A stretch of 41,478 bases of DNA from a virus (lineage: Duplodnaviria; Caudoviricetes), in the IMG/VR virus record IMGVR_UViG_3300043432_000155, positions 1 to 41,478 of that record; one strand, 5' to 3'. Shown in pieces: positions 7,525-16,564 of this stretch. Numbering within the stretch: position 1 is the stretch's first letter; every line of letters begins with the position of its first letter. A program made the translations under genes and the position numbers. A model generated the notes under the pieces. That model was not told where the DNA came from. It did no database searches and worked only from the letters and a program-made list of their open reading frames with translations.

Positions 7525-7923
7525 TTAGCGCCAGTTACGCGTCAACAGTTCTTTTTCGATTTTTTGCGCGATGGCCTGTAACTCGCGTGTAGGCAGGTTC
7601 AGCAGGAGCTTGTACATCCTATTAGCTAAGCTCGCATGGCGCGCTGAATGCCCGCGAATAGCGTAACTGGCGCAGCGCCACATGTATTGACAGCTGTACC
7701 AGCCTAGGTCTGCGCGCATAAGCGCGACTATGCGTGCACGCTCTCTACGAGCTGACGGGGCGTTGTTGCCGAAAACCTCTAGGTACGCTGGCCACAGTTC
7801 ATGCGCACGGATTCTTGCAGCCATACGCGGCGTTGAAACATACGTTTCAAGCTGTGAAACGGCTAACTCTGCGGGACTCTTGGGTTTTTTGACTGCAGTT
7901 GCGCGCTGTTGCTTATGTTTCAT
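7525..7923 (-). CDS. Hypothetical basic protein (132 aa)
   Basis: ATG at 7923, divergent from the terS candidate. The track's extension to 8211 is antisense to terS. Confidence 0.7.
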   Translation of the reverse strand: MKHKQQRATAVKKPKSPAELAVSQLETYVSTPRMAARIRAHELWPAYLEVFGNNAPSARRERARIVALMRADLGWYSCQYMWRCASYAIRGHSARHASLANRMYKLLLNLPTRELQAIAQKIEKELLTRNWR

Positions 7924-7962
7924 GGGTATGACACTATATGACCCTACATGCCAAAACGTAAA
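7909..7962. promoter_or_regulatory. Overlapping divergent promoters at the start of the late arm
   Basis: Plus: TTGCTT(7909)-17-TGa-CACTAT(7932), 10 nt before ATG 7948. Minus: TTTACG-18-TATAGT, 9 nt before ATG 7923. Confidence 0.5.
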
Positions 7963-8259
7963 GAGCCGCCCAAAAAACTCCTGACGCGCACCATGTCGAT
8001 CGTGGAAGCGCGCAAAGCCGCAGTGAACGGCATCGCAAACCTGACGCACGACGCGATGCGCGTGCTGCACGACGCTATTCAGAGCGGCGACGTGAAGGTT
8101 GCGCAATGGGTTGTTGATCGCGTGCTCGACAGCGAGAGCTTGGCGACCGTGACTGAGATCCGCGCAACGTCGAGCCACGCACTGCCCGTCGACCCTGCGG
8201 CGCGCGCCCAAGCCCTCGAAGGCCTGCGGCTGATCAAGCAGGCTGAGAGGCGGTCATGA
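7948..8259 (+). CDS. Putative terminase small subunit
   Basis: First late gene; small helical protein with GDVKVAQWVVDRV, upstream of terL. Confidence 0.55.
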   Translation: MPKRKEPPKKLLTRTMSIVEARKAAVNGIANLTHDAMRVLHDAIQSGDVKVAQWVVDRVLDSESLATVTEIRATSSHALPVDPAARAQALEGLRLIKQAERRS

Positions 8260-8534
8260 TCAAAGCCCTATACGAGATAGGTCGGCGGACGATCCGCGAA
8301 AACCCACGCCTGAACTTCGGGATCTGGCGTGTGGAAGTCGAGCCGAGTTCGCATGAGGCGAGCCTGGCCTTTCGGCTATGGTGGTGCTCAAGAGGTGGCG
8401 AGTTGAGCCACTACATCCGAGGCACTATCCCGTACACAGCGATACACGGTAGACCGGAAAAGACAGTAACAGCGCTCATGCGGGCTAAGTGGCAGGCTGT
8501 GGCTAACTATGTGGAGTTGTCATGGTGCGCTTAG
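8256..8534 (+). CDS. Hypothetical protein (92 aa)
   Basis: ATGA-coupled ORF. Confidence 0.65.
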   Translation: MIKALYEIGRRTIRENPRLNFGIWRVEVEPSSHEASLAFRLWWCSRGGELSHYIRGTIPYTAIHGRPEKTVTALMRAKWQAVANYVELSWCA

Positions 8535-8719
8535 GCATCTTGTGTCTGTTGGCGCTATGCGCAGCATGCTCAGCCGATTGCCCGGCGATTCGGCAAGAGT
8601 ATGAGGACGTGGACTGGTATCGATACCAGCTCTACAGGGCGGGGTATGACGTGTTCCCCGAAGTTCGACGCTTGAGCCAGCTACGACTGGACTATCCTGA
8701 GTGCTTCGAGTCGGAATGA
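8522..8719 (+). CDS. Small putative lipoprotein (65 aa)
   Basis: Signal peptide with lipobox-like LCAAC; coupled to terL. Confidence 0.65.
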   Translation: MVRLGILCLLALCAACSADCPAIRQEYEDVDWYRYQLYRAGYDVFPEVRRLSQLRLDYPECFESE

Positions 8720-10356
8720 CGGTCGATATCGCAGCAATCGAAGATGCGGCGTGGCGGCAGATATGCTCGCCCGACACTGCCAAGGGCGCGCTGCGATGGA
8801 AGCTGGACGATCATCAGCTGCGCATATACGACCCGTACAGAGCGTGGGAAGCACGTAGGCTACAAGAACTCGACGCAGGCCAAACGTCGGGCGCTCATCG
8901 TGTGTTTATGGTCGACTGTGGTAGACAGGTCGGCAAGACATTCACGACAAGCGTGATTAGAGCGGAAGACGCGCATGCGTTTTGTAATGAAACTATTCTC
9001 GTTGCGAGTGCTACGGAAGTTGCGCTGAAAGAACTGCTGATCCCTGTGTTGAACACGGTGTTCGCTGGCTGCCCTGAGGAGCTGCGGCCGAAGTTTTTCA
9101 GCTCACGATGGGGCATGCGAGCAGGCTACTTCTGTCCTGCGAGCGACAGCGTTATCAAGCTTGTCGGCGTAGACAAAGACCCTGACGGGTTGCGCGGTCC
9201 TGGATTGTCCGGTGCGACGATCACAGAAGCCGCGTTTGTTCGCAAGCTCGGCTACGCTGTGAGCGGTATCCTATACCCGCAGTTTTCGCGTAGGCCGCAC
9301 GCCACATGCATTCTCGAATCGAGCGCTCCAGCGGAGCTTATGCACGACTTCGATCGAGTGTTCAAACCAGATTGTGAGTCGCGTAAGGCTTACGTCTTTA
9401 TGACTATGTGGGACAATAGCACGCTGTCACAAGAGACTAAGAAAGAGCTGTTTGAGTCGGCTTACGCGATAGATCCCGATGACGCTGAGCGTGAATACAA
9501 CGGTAAGCGCGGCATGAACCGCTTACGCGCTGTTATACCCGAGTTCGATCGTGCGAGGCATGTCGAGGACAGAGTCAAGCCGAACGAAGCGTGCGCCATC
9601 GCAGCGTTTGACCCTGGCATCAAAGACCTTTTCGCGATCGTGTGGGGATACTGGGACCCGAGCGACGGCAAGCTGGTCGTGCACCAAGATTGGTCGTGCC
9701 AGAACGCGACTACGGGGCACGTCGCGACCATTGTGCGCAGCATCGAACGAACGTTGTACGGCGAAGCCGCTGAGATTCACCGGCCACGCAAGCTTGTGTT
9801 GACGCCCGAAGAAGAGAAGACGCGACTGCTCAAGGTGCTGTCTGGACAGAAAGCCCCGGACATCGGTAATGACTTCGGCCTTCGGCGCCCCGATGGTATG
9901 ACGTGGTGGTCAGGTGAGAGCTACCGATCCAACCCGTTGATGCGTGTCTCAGACACCGAAGCGCGGCTCATCCTAGACTTGAATGCGACGTACTCCATAC
10001 CATGCGTGCCAGCTGACAAAGACGGCAAACAAGCCGCGGTGCTGGCGTTGCGCAATGCGTTCCGTGATGACCAGATCGTCATCACACCGCACTGTGACCA
10101 GTTGATCTCGACCATTGAGAATGGTCGTTGGAACGACAAGCGCACAGACTTTGAGCGGCACTTGGACAAGATGGGCGCCAAGATGTTTGGGCACTTGGAT
10201 CTACTGTCAGCGCTCATCTATCTGTGGCGCATGGGGCAGGTGATACGCAACATCAATCCGATAGCGCCCAAGTACATTGATAAGCACGAGCCTGACCTAA
10301 TGCATAAGCACACATGGGCAAAAACCGAAGACGAGGGAGCATCATGGTGGACGTGA
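8716..10356 (+). CDS. terL: Terminase large subunit
   Basis: Walker A GRQVGKT, LRGPG, Walker B-like ATITEAAF, coupling motif ESSA, REY, nuclease AFDPG and C-terminal HLDLLSALIY. Confidence 0.92.
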   Translation: MTVDIAAIEDAAWRQICSPDTAKGALRWKLDDHQLRIYDPYRAWEARRLQELDAGQTSGAHRVFMVDCGRQVGKTFTTSVIRAEDAHAFCNETILVASATEVALKELLIPVLNTVFAGCPEELRPKFFSSRWGMRAGYFCPASDSVIKLVGVDKDPDGLRGPGLSGATITEAAFVRKLGYAVSGILYPQFSRRPHATCILESSAPAELMHDFDRVFKPDCESRKAYVFMTMWDNSTLSQETKKELFESAYAIDPDDAEREYNGKRGMNRLRAVIPEFDRARHVEDRVKPNEACAIAAFDPGIKDLFAIVWGYWDPSDGKLVVHQDWSCQNATTGHVATIVRSIERTLYGEAAEIHRPRKLVLTPEEEKTRLLKVLSGQKAPDIGNDFGLRRPDGMTWWSGESYRSNPLMRVSDTEARLILDLNATYSIPCVPADKDGKQAAVLALRNAFRDDQIVITPHCDQLISTIENGRWNDKRTDFERHLDKMGAKMFGHLDLLSALIYLWRMGQVIRNINPIAPKYIDKHEPDLMHKHTWAKTEDEGASWWT

Positions 10357-10571
10357 GTTTGTGGCCAGCTGCAGCTGTCGGCTGCGTTTGGATCTGCCGG
10401 CTAGCGCTGGTAGATGCGGTCAAGGCGTACCGCGAGCGAACGTTGGTTGCGCAGGCGATTGAAGCGGCCAAAGCCGCAGTGGTCGAAGCGCATCAAGCAA
10501 AGGAAGGTGTGACAGAGCTGCGAGCTGAGTTGCGCCAAGTTTCAACAGTCATTCTGGAAGGTAGAAGATGA
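10344..10571 (+). CDS. Small protein with N-terminal hydrophobic helix and coiled coil
   Basis: RBS GAGGGAG before ATG 10344; coupled to the next gene. Confidence 0.7.
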   Translation: MVDVSLWPAAAVGCVWICRLALVDAVKAYRERTLVAQAIEAAKAAVVEAHQAKEGVTELRAELRQVSTVILEGRR

Positions 10572-11062
10572 ACGACAAAGCAACGGCAACGGCCAAAACC
10601 AAGACTTTCTTTCTCGGCATGGATCCGATCTTCGCTGAGGAAACACTGATCACTGAGGCATGGAAGGCCCAGGATACGAGCCGAAAGATCGTTTACAAGA
10701 TTCCGCTCGACAAGGTGCAGCCTGAAATGGTGTTCATTCCGCTTGTGCGTGGCATCGGCCGCACACCACTCAAGGCTGAGGAGTTTGACGCTGTGCAACA
10801 GCGCAAGCTCGTCAAGACACGCGACCCAAAGGAGCTGGTCAAGGAGCTGACGCAGTGCGAGCCCGTGTACGTGTCCAAGTTCTGGCGAGCGTTCACCAAT
10901 GCCGGCCCGGTCGACGACTTCGCGAGCATCGCGCTCAGCGGAGACTTCGATTCGACCGGCTTCATCGACGCGTTGAATCGATCAGCGAGCGCCGCGGGCG
11001 CGTACGCGCGCACAGCGCATGGCGACGATCACAAGACTTGTAGCCTGACGTGGGGTGCGTAA
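10568..11062 (+). CDS. Hypothetical protein (164 aa)
   Basis: Coupled ORF with strong codon bias, between terL and portal. Confidence 0.8.
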   Translation: MNDKATATAKTKTFFLGMDPIFAEETLITEAWKAQDTSRKIVYKIPLDKVQPEMVFIPLVRGIGRTPLKAEEFDAVQQRKLVKTRDPKELVKELTQCEPVYVSKFWRAFTNAGPVDDFASIALSGDFDSTGFIDALNRSASAAGAYARTAHGDDHKTCSLTWGA

Positions 11063-13179
11063 TGGAAGACCAAGAGCAAGAGCTTGAGCTTGAGACGCCT
11101 CAAGAAGAGCTTGCCGAAGACGAGAGCCACACACCGTGGTTTCTCGCCGATGCAGACGACGTTATCGGAACTCTTGAGACCAAAGAGTCTGAATACTTCG
11201 AGATGCTGCAAGCGACTAACATGGTGCAGATGTACAAGATCGCTTGGGCGCAGTACTTCGGCACTGACCCAAACAACCCTGGACAGCTTTGCACGCAGGT
11301 AGCGGCGCGTGTCGGTGAAGAGCGCGAATACACGCGGCTCCGTATCAACGAAGCGCGCAGCTTCTTGAAGCAAGCCATTCAGACTGCAACGTCCACCAAC
11401 GCCGCATACAAAGTCGTTACGTCGTCGCGTGACTTCGCATCGATTGCCGGCGTTGACGCGGCCGATCGAGCTGTGACTGCGACCATGCGCAAATGCTTCG
11501 ACGCGCGCAAGAAGCGCAAGTTTCTTGAGCGCATGCTCGTTCTCGGCTCAGCCTTTGTCCACGTGCGTTGGGACCCTGAGGGCGGTGACAAGACGATCGA
11601 CACGAGCCTCGGCATCGAGCAAGAGGTGATGAGCGGTGCCCCGGTCGTGCAGATCGGGTGCCCATGGGACGGCTACTATGACGCGCGCGAAGAAGATGAT
11701 CTGACATGGGTTGTCATGCGCGAACGGCGATCCAAGTGGGAGCTTGCAGCGCTCTATCCTGAGCACGCAGACAAACTTGCCGAAGCTTGCGGCGAGGACA
11801 AGTTCAGTCGTGATCGGCTATTCAATAGCAACGTGTTTGATGCGGCTGGCAGCGACGAGGGCACTGTCACGCTGCAACACTTCTATCTAGCCAAGCAGCC
11901 GGGCGCCGAGAATGGGCGCTACATCGGCTTCGTGCAGGGTGTCGGCGCATTGTGGGACCGAGAGCTGCCTATCACTGAGACGCGCAAGCTGCCCGTGTAT
12001 CTCGCGCAAGCGAGTACCTACATCGGAGCAAACATTGGCTACGCGGATTGGTGGGATGTGATCTCAATCCAACAGACAATCGACAACGTCGTTAGTGACT
12101 GGACGTCGTCTATGCGCGCCCAAGGTCGGCTCAACATGTACGTGGCCAAGGGCAGCGACATCAATCTGTCGCAGTTGTCCAAGGGCTTGCGCGTGTTCGA
12201 GCTTGACCCTGGCGCGGTACCACCAGGCTTCGTTGAACCGCCTAAGCTTGCAGCTGCGGGAGAGTTGCTGCAGTACTTGCACACACGTATGGAGCAGGTG
12301 ACGCAGCAAAACAGCGTGCGGCGCGGGTCGTCCGACAATATGAAGTCAGGCACCATGGCAGCGCTGTATAATCAGCAAGGCATTGAAGCCATTGGCGACG
12401 TGCTTGAAGCTGCGGAGCACACCGACAACGCTGTAGCCAACATCGTACTTGACATGCTTACGAACAAGTCGCGCGGTAGCTTCTTGATCGAAGTTAGCGG
12501 CGAGAGTGAGCGCCCGTATTACGAAGCTTTTGCGTCAACTGGACTGAAAGGCGCGCGCTCTGTGCGCGTCGAGAATGTCAGCCCTATGATGCGCTCGGCA
12601 GCTGGGCGTTTCGAGACGTTCAATGCGATTGCGGGGCTTCCGCCAGACCGTGTCGGTCCGATGTTGCGAGGGCTAGACACCGGCGATTGGTCTGGTCTGA
12701 CCGAGCAGGACAAGAGCAAAGACCTTCGAATCGTCAAAGAGAACGAGATGCTACTGCATGGGCAGGAGGTGATTGTAGGTGCGGGCGACGATCCTGTAGC
12801 ACACGTCAAGGCGCATTGGAGCTTTTTGGAAAAGCTTGAGTCGGTGGATCCGACAGCGATCGACCCGATGACCGGTGAAGGTATCCCGGGCAAGTACGAC
12901 GCGGTAAAGCGTGTCGTGGTGCAGCATATTCTCAAGCACCTTGAGGGTTGGCAGTACATCGATCCACGACTCGCGAGCCTGCTCGGCATTGCGCCGCCAC
13001 CGCCGATGCCTGGGTCGCCGACGGGTGACTTGATGATGATGACAGGCGGGATGGGGGCACCGCAACCACAGCAGCAATCACAGGACGTCTCGGCCGCGCC
13101 AGCACCCGAGAAGACACCGACAGGACCAATGCCCGCGCAACCTGAGCCAGCACAACCACCCGAAGGGATCGGACAATGA
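11062..13179 (+). CDS. Portal protein (P22-like size and layout)
   Basis: About 705 aa in the position after terL. Has LRINEAR, VHVRWDP, SGTMAAL, DDPVAHVKAH and a Pro/Gln-rich tail. Confidence 0.85.
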   Translation: MEDQEQELELETPQEELAEDESHTPWFLADADDVIGTLETKESEYFEMLQATNMVQMYKIAWAQYFGTDPNNPGQLCTQVAARVGEEREYTRLRINEARSFLKQAIQTATSTNAAYKVVTSSRDFASIAGVDAADRAVTATMRKCFDARKKRKFLERMLVLGSAFVHVRWDPEGGDKTIDTSLGIEQEVMSGAPVVQIGCPWDGYYDAREEDDLTWVVMRERRSKWELAALYPEHADKLAEACGEDKFSRDRLFNSNVFDAAGSDEGTVTLQHFYLAKQPGAENGRYIGFVQGVGALWDRELPITETRKLPVYLAQASTYIGANIGYADWWDVISIQQTIDNVVSDWTSSMRAQGRLNMYVAKGSDINLSQLSKGLRVFELDPGAVPPGFVEPPKLAAAGELLQYLHTRMEQVTQQNSVRRGSSDNMKSGTMAALYNQQGIEAIGDVLEAAEHTDNAVANIVLDMLTNKSRGSFLIEVSGESERPYYEAFASTGLKGARSVRVENVSPMMRSAAGRFETFNAIAGLPPDRVGPMLRGLDTGDWSGLTEQDKSKDLRIVKENEMLLHGQEVIVGAGDDPVAHVKAHWSFLEKLESVDPTAIDPMTGEGIPGKYDAVKRVVVQHILKHLEGWQYIDPRLASLLGIAPPPPMPGSPTGDLMMMTGGMGAPQPQQQSQDVSAAPAPEKTPTGPMPAQPEPAQPPEGIGQ

Positions 13180-14288
13180 GTGAGACTACGACAGAAGCAC
13201 TGCTGCCAACTGCGGCCAACTTTGACGCTATCGTAGCAGCAAATGAAGCGAAGCTGACGGCTGCAGAAGCGCCAGACGAGTCAAGCGACGCTGGCATCGA
13301 ATCAGCGGATAGCAGCGTAGATGCAAGTATCGATGCGGACGCCGCAGGCATCGACGGCGACGGCGACGGCGACGGTGCCGAAACAGCAGAGGCTGAGGTT
13401 GTAGCCGATGCCGAACCTGTAGCCGATACACTGCTAGCAGCTGCTAAAGCGGAAGGCCGCATTACACCTGAGTTGCTGAAAGAGATCGGCGACCTTACTA
13501 TTGAAGTGCAGCTCGCTGGCGGCCCCAAAGAAGTTCCGGTCAAGGAGCTGGCAAACGGCTACATGCGTCAAGCGCATTTCCAGCGCTCCATGGAGAAGGC
13601 CAACGCGAAGGAGCGCCAAGCAGAGCAGATCTTCGAGATCGAGCGCGCCCGCACCAACTCATGGCAGCGAGAGCCTGGTCAGCTGTACAACGGGTTGCTC
13701 GCGATGGGTTGCGAAGCAACGCTGGAGAAGGTGTTCGAGTACATGGTCGAGGAGCGCCATGCCTACTTGACAGCATCGCCCAGCGAGCGAGCACGCATCG
13801 ACCAGATCAAGCAGATGCAGAAGCAGCAAGCGCTCATGCAGCAACGCGCTGCAGAGCTTGAGCGACAAGCCAAAGCAGCACAGGCGCAACAGCCTACCGA
13901 AGTGGACGAGGGCACGGCCGCGGCCTACCGCTACATCGAAGCCAACATGGATCGCGCCCTTGGCTCAGCCTTCAAGGCCGCCAACGTTGGGAAGGTCACA
14001 CCCTACGCGTTGCAGCTTTTTGAAAGCGAGCTTATGGGCTACGCCAAGATGGGGCTGAGCGTTGAGGAGGCGGTCAATCAAGCAGCAAGCGCTGTGGCTG
14101 ATAGATTCGTCGAGATCAAACAGGCAGCTGGCACCATGCAGCAAAAACAACTGCCGCCTAAAGCAGCGCCAGCAGGTAAGGTGCCGCCGCGCGATAAGAC
14201 CACGGGGCAGTTCACGACACAACCAACTAAGAAAGCGGCCAAAGCGCCACCAACAGCGGCAGAGTTCGCTAAGAGGTTTGGAATCTAA
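13176..14288 (+). CDS. Capsid scaffolding protein
   Basis: Acidic disordered N-terminus, EVPVKELANGYMRQAHF motif, coiled coil and basic C-terminal helix; lies between portal and capsid. Confidence 0.8.
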   Translation: MSETTTEALLPTAANFDAIVAANEAKLTAAEAPDESSDAGIESADSSVDASIDADAAGIDGDGDGDGAETAEAEVVADAEPVADTLLAAAKAEGRITPELLKEIGDLTIEVQLAGGPKEVPVKELANGYMRQAHFQRSMEKANAKERQAEQIFEIERARTNSWQREPGQLYNGLLAMGCEATLEKVFEYMVEERHAYLTASPSERARIDQIKQMQKQQALMQQRAAELERQAKAAQAQQPTEVDEGTAAAYRYIEANMDRALGSAFKAANVGKVTPYALQLFESELMGYAKMGLSVEEAVNQAASAVADRFVEIKQAAGTMQQKQLPPKAAPAGKVPPRDKTTGQFTTQPTKKAAKAPPTAAEFAKRFGI

Positions 14289-14662
14289 TGGAATCAACAC
14301 AACAGATCTTCTTTGGCAGTCAAACAAGCGGCAACTCCGCGTCATTCGCTACAGGTAGAAGTGACTATCAGTTCATTGACATCGTTCTGCAAACAACAGC
14401 GGCCGACGCTGTGTGCTCGTTCACGATTCAGTCAAGCGCTGAACCTGCGACGTCATGGGCTGTTGATACGGCGGCGCTTCCGCAAAGTGTCTTGCCCGCT
14501 GGCTTCAGCTTCGCAAACGGCGTGCTCAGCGTCGCGAGCCCCGCTATCGGCACCTACCGGGTGCGTCTGGTACTCCAGACTGGCCCATACCTACGAGTTG
14601 CCTACAGCTACACAAGCGGAGCAGTGGCTAGCGCCCGTGTGGTTGTGTTCGCGCACGATTGA
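14288..14662 (+). CDS. Small beta-rich virion protein (possible decoration protein)
   Basis: Beta-strand pattern with C-terminal PYLRVAYSYTSG; in the head module. Confidence 0.6.
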   Translation: MESTQQIFFGSQTSGNSASFATGRSDYQFIDIVLQTTAADAVCSFTIQSSAEPATSWAVDTAALPQSVLPAGFSFANGVLSVASPAIGTYRVRLVLQTGPYLRVAYSYTSGAVASARVVVFAHD

Positions 14663-14687
14663 CGGCGCCAAGCTCCTGTGACACGCT
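14659..14687 (+). promoter_or_regulatory. Putative capsid promoter TTGACG-17-(TGa)CACGCT
   Basis: Same architecture as the other predicted promoters. Confidence 0.45.
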
Positions 14688-14852
14688 ACGAGTGCCAGGG
14701 CTTGTAAAGCCTGGCACTCACCTCACAGCTACTCGAACCGCCTAGCGGCGCCCGGCAAAGTGGCCTTAGCCACGACACAGAGGCTCGACAGCTAGATCCC
14801 GGCAATCGGAGCGAGAGAACAATCTCAAACCCGATACCGAAGGATCTAAACA
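14671..14852 (+). ncRNA. Structured leader upstream of the major capsid gene
   Basis: 190-nt gap with hairpins GAGTGCCAGG/CCTGGCACTC, CGCC/GGCG, GTGGC/GCCAC and GAGA/TCTC, plus CCCGGCAA twice. Confidence 0.5.
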
Positions 14853-16172
14853 ATGTCGAATCTTGCCGAGTGGCTCCCAAATTACAAGACCCAGTTGGGC
14901 GACTTCATCGACCCGCACCCTACGATGGACAGCCTGACGGCTGATCTGCCGTTCGTCCCAGCCGAGCAGCGCGAGGGCCGCGAGTTCAAAGTACCGGTCG
15001 TGGTCAGCCTCGAACAAGGTCAGACGGCTGATGTGACTGGTGACACTTTCGCGATCAATCCGGCGCGTAACAGCGTCATGAAAGAGGCGACTGTCACTGG
15101 CGCTAACCTGCTGTACAACGCGCGCATCCCTTACGATGCAATGCTGCGCAGCCGTAATGGCACGGGCAACGGTAAGAGTGGTGGCGCGTTCAAGGACGCG
15201 TTCATGCTCAAGACCAAGATGTTGATGGAGCAGGGCGAATTCTATAACGAAGTCGCCATGCACTACGGCCCTGGCACCGGAGCAACGATCGCTGACGACA
15301 TCGGTGTGATCGGCACTGGCGGCACAGGTGCGACGCTCGCCGGCGGCGTTGTCGTCCCCATCACGATCGCGACCTGGGCGCCCGGCGTTTGGGCGCGCAT
15401 GACTAACGGTCTGGTCGATCTCTACAACGCGGCTGGTACCACGCTCATCGCTGACAACATCGTCGTCAACGCTGTGAACCCGGACTACGCACCGCTCGCG
15501 TCGCCGCCCGCGCCGAACATCACGCTGCAGACGACCGCAGCCACCACGACGGGCGGCACCACCACGCCGGCAGCGCTCGCCACGGTTCGTATCGTGGTCA
15601 AGGGCTGGGCGCAGAAGTCGTGCCTCGGTCTCGTGCCGCAGTTGAAGAACCAGGGTCTGCAGTTTGGCATCAACGCGGCGCAGTACGCGGTGTGGAAGCC
15701 GAAGCTCGTCACCGTGTCGTCCGGAACGATGACGCGCTTGCGCATGCAAAGCATTGGCGCAGCGATGTTCCCGTACATCGGAACGGGCGGCATGACGTTC
15801 CGAGCGTCCGCTCCGGTCTTCGCTGACATGGTCGAGGAAACCGACACCTTTCAGCAGTTCACCGACAGCGGCGAAGTGCGCAAGGTCGGCGCGAACAAGC
15901 TGGTCTACCGTTCTGCGTGCGGCCCAATCACTGTCAAGTTGGACGGCATGATGAAGTACGGCCTCATGATCGGGACCGGCGTAGACGCCAAGGCTGTACG
16001 CACTGGAGCTTCGCCGCTCACGTTCCGTGGCAAGGGTGACGAATGGTTCTTCACCGAGCTGCAAGCCAACGCCGGCAGTGAGATCCGCTGCATGGCGAAT
16101 CAGGCGCCTTTCGTCCACATGCCTAATCGCTGTGTCGTCGTGCAGGGCTTGACGCCTAACGCTCTGATCTAG
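14853..16172 (+). CDS. Major capsid protein
   Basis: 439 aa after the scaffold, with very strong codon bias. Contains GREFKVPV and FGINAAQYAVWK, and is followed by a terminator. Confidence 0.88.
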   Translation: MSNLAEWLPNYKTQLGDFIDPHPTMDSLTADLPFVPAEQREGREFKVPVVVSLEQGQTADVTGDTFAINPARNSVMKEATVTGANLLYNARIPYDAMLRSRNGTGNGKSGGAFKDAFMLKTKMLMEQGEFYNEVAMHYGPGTGATIADDIGVIGTGGTGATLAGGVVVPITIATWAPGVWARMTNGLVDLYNAAGTTLIADNIVVNAVNPDYAPLASPPAPNITLQTTAATTTGGTTTPAALATVRIVVKGWAQKSCLGLVPQLKNQGLQFGINAAQYAVWKPKLVTVSSGTMTRLRMQSIGAAMFPYIGTGGMTFRASAPVFADMVEETDTFQQFTDSGEVRKVGANKLVYRSACGPITVKLDGMMKYGLMIGTGVDAKAVRTGASPLTFRGKGDEWFFTELQANAGSEIRCMANQAPFVHMPNRCVVVQGLTPNALI

Positions 16173-16182
16173 TGGTAGTTGA

Positions 16183-16214
16183 AGCCTAGCAGCTAACGGC
16201 TGCTAGGCTCTTTC
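16183..16214 (+). terminator. Rho-independent terminator after the capsid gene
   Basis: AGCCTAGCAGC/GCTGCTAGGCT stem followed by CTTTT. Confidence 0.85.
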
Positions 16215-16234
16215 CCCTAACAAAGGTTTTACGC

Positions 16235-16564
16235 ATGTACGGTGAACAAGAGCGAGATCAAATGGCACCAAGCCCTGAGCAACGGGTACCAATGCAGCGT
16301 CCACAAGGGCACGGCCAGGGTATCGATTGGGGCGCGATCATGCAGCGCATGCGCCAGCGCTTCGGTCAGAGGCATCCCGGTATGATGGGTCAGGGTCAGG
16401 GACAAGCTCCCGTCGGACCGATGCCACAGGCACAGCCGCCCGTCGGCGCACCGCCCGCGGCGCCGCAAATGGACCGTGGCAGGCTCATGGGCATCGCACA
16501 GAACTGGGGCCAGCAACAGCCCGGTGGCATCGTTCCGCCTAACTGGCGCGGCGGACAGTACTGA
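16235..16564 (+). CDS. Gln/Gly/Met/Pro-rich low-complexity protein (109 aa)
   Basis: ORF coupled (TGATG) to the next gene. Confidence 0.7.
   Translation: MYGEQERDQMAPSPEQRVPMQRPQGHGQGIDWGAIMQRMRQRFGQRHPGMMGQGQGQAPVGPMPQAQPPVGAPPAAPQMDRGRLMGIAQNWGQQQPGGIVPPNWRGGQY

Noticed and set aside
14766-16118. 450-aa ORF antisense to the major capsid gene
   Set aside because: It is an in-register shadow of a strongly codon-biased gene, with Arg/His-rich nonsense composition and no RBS or motifs.
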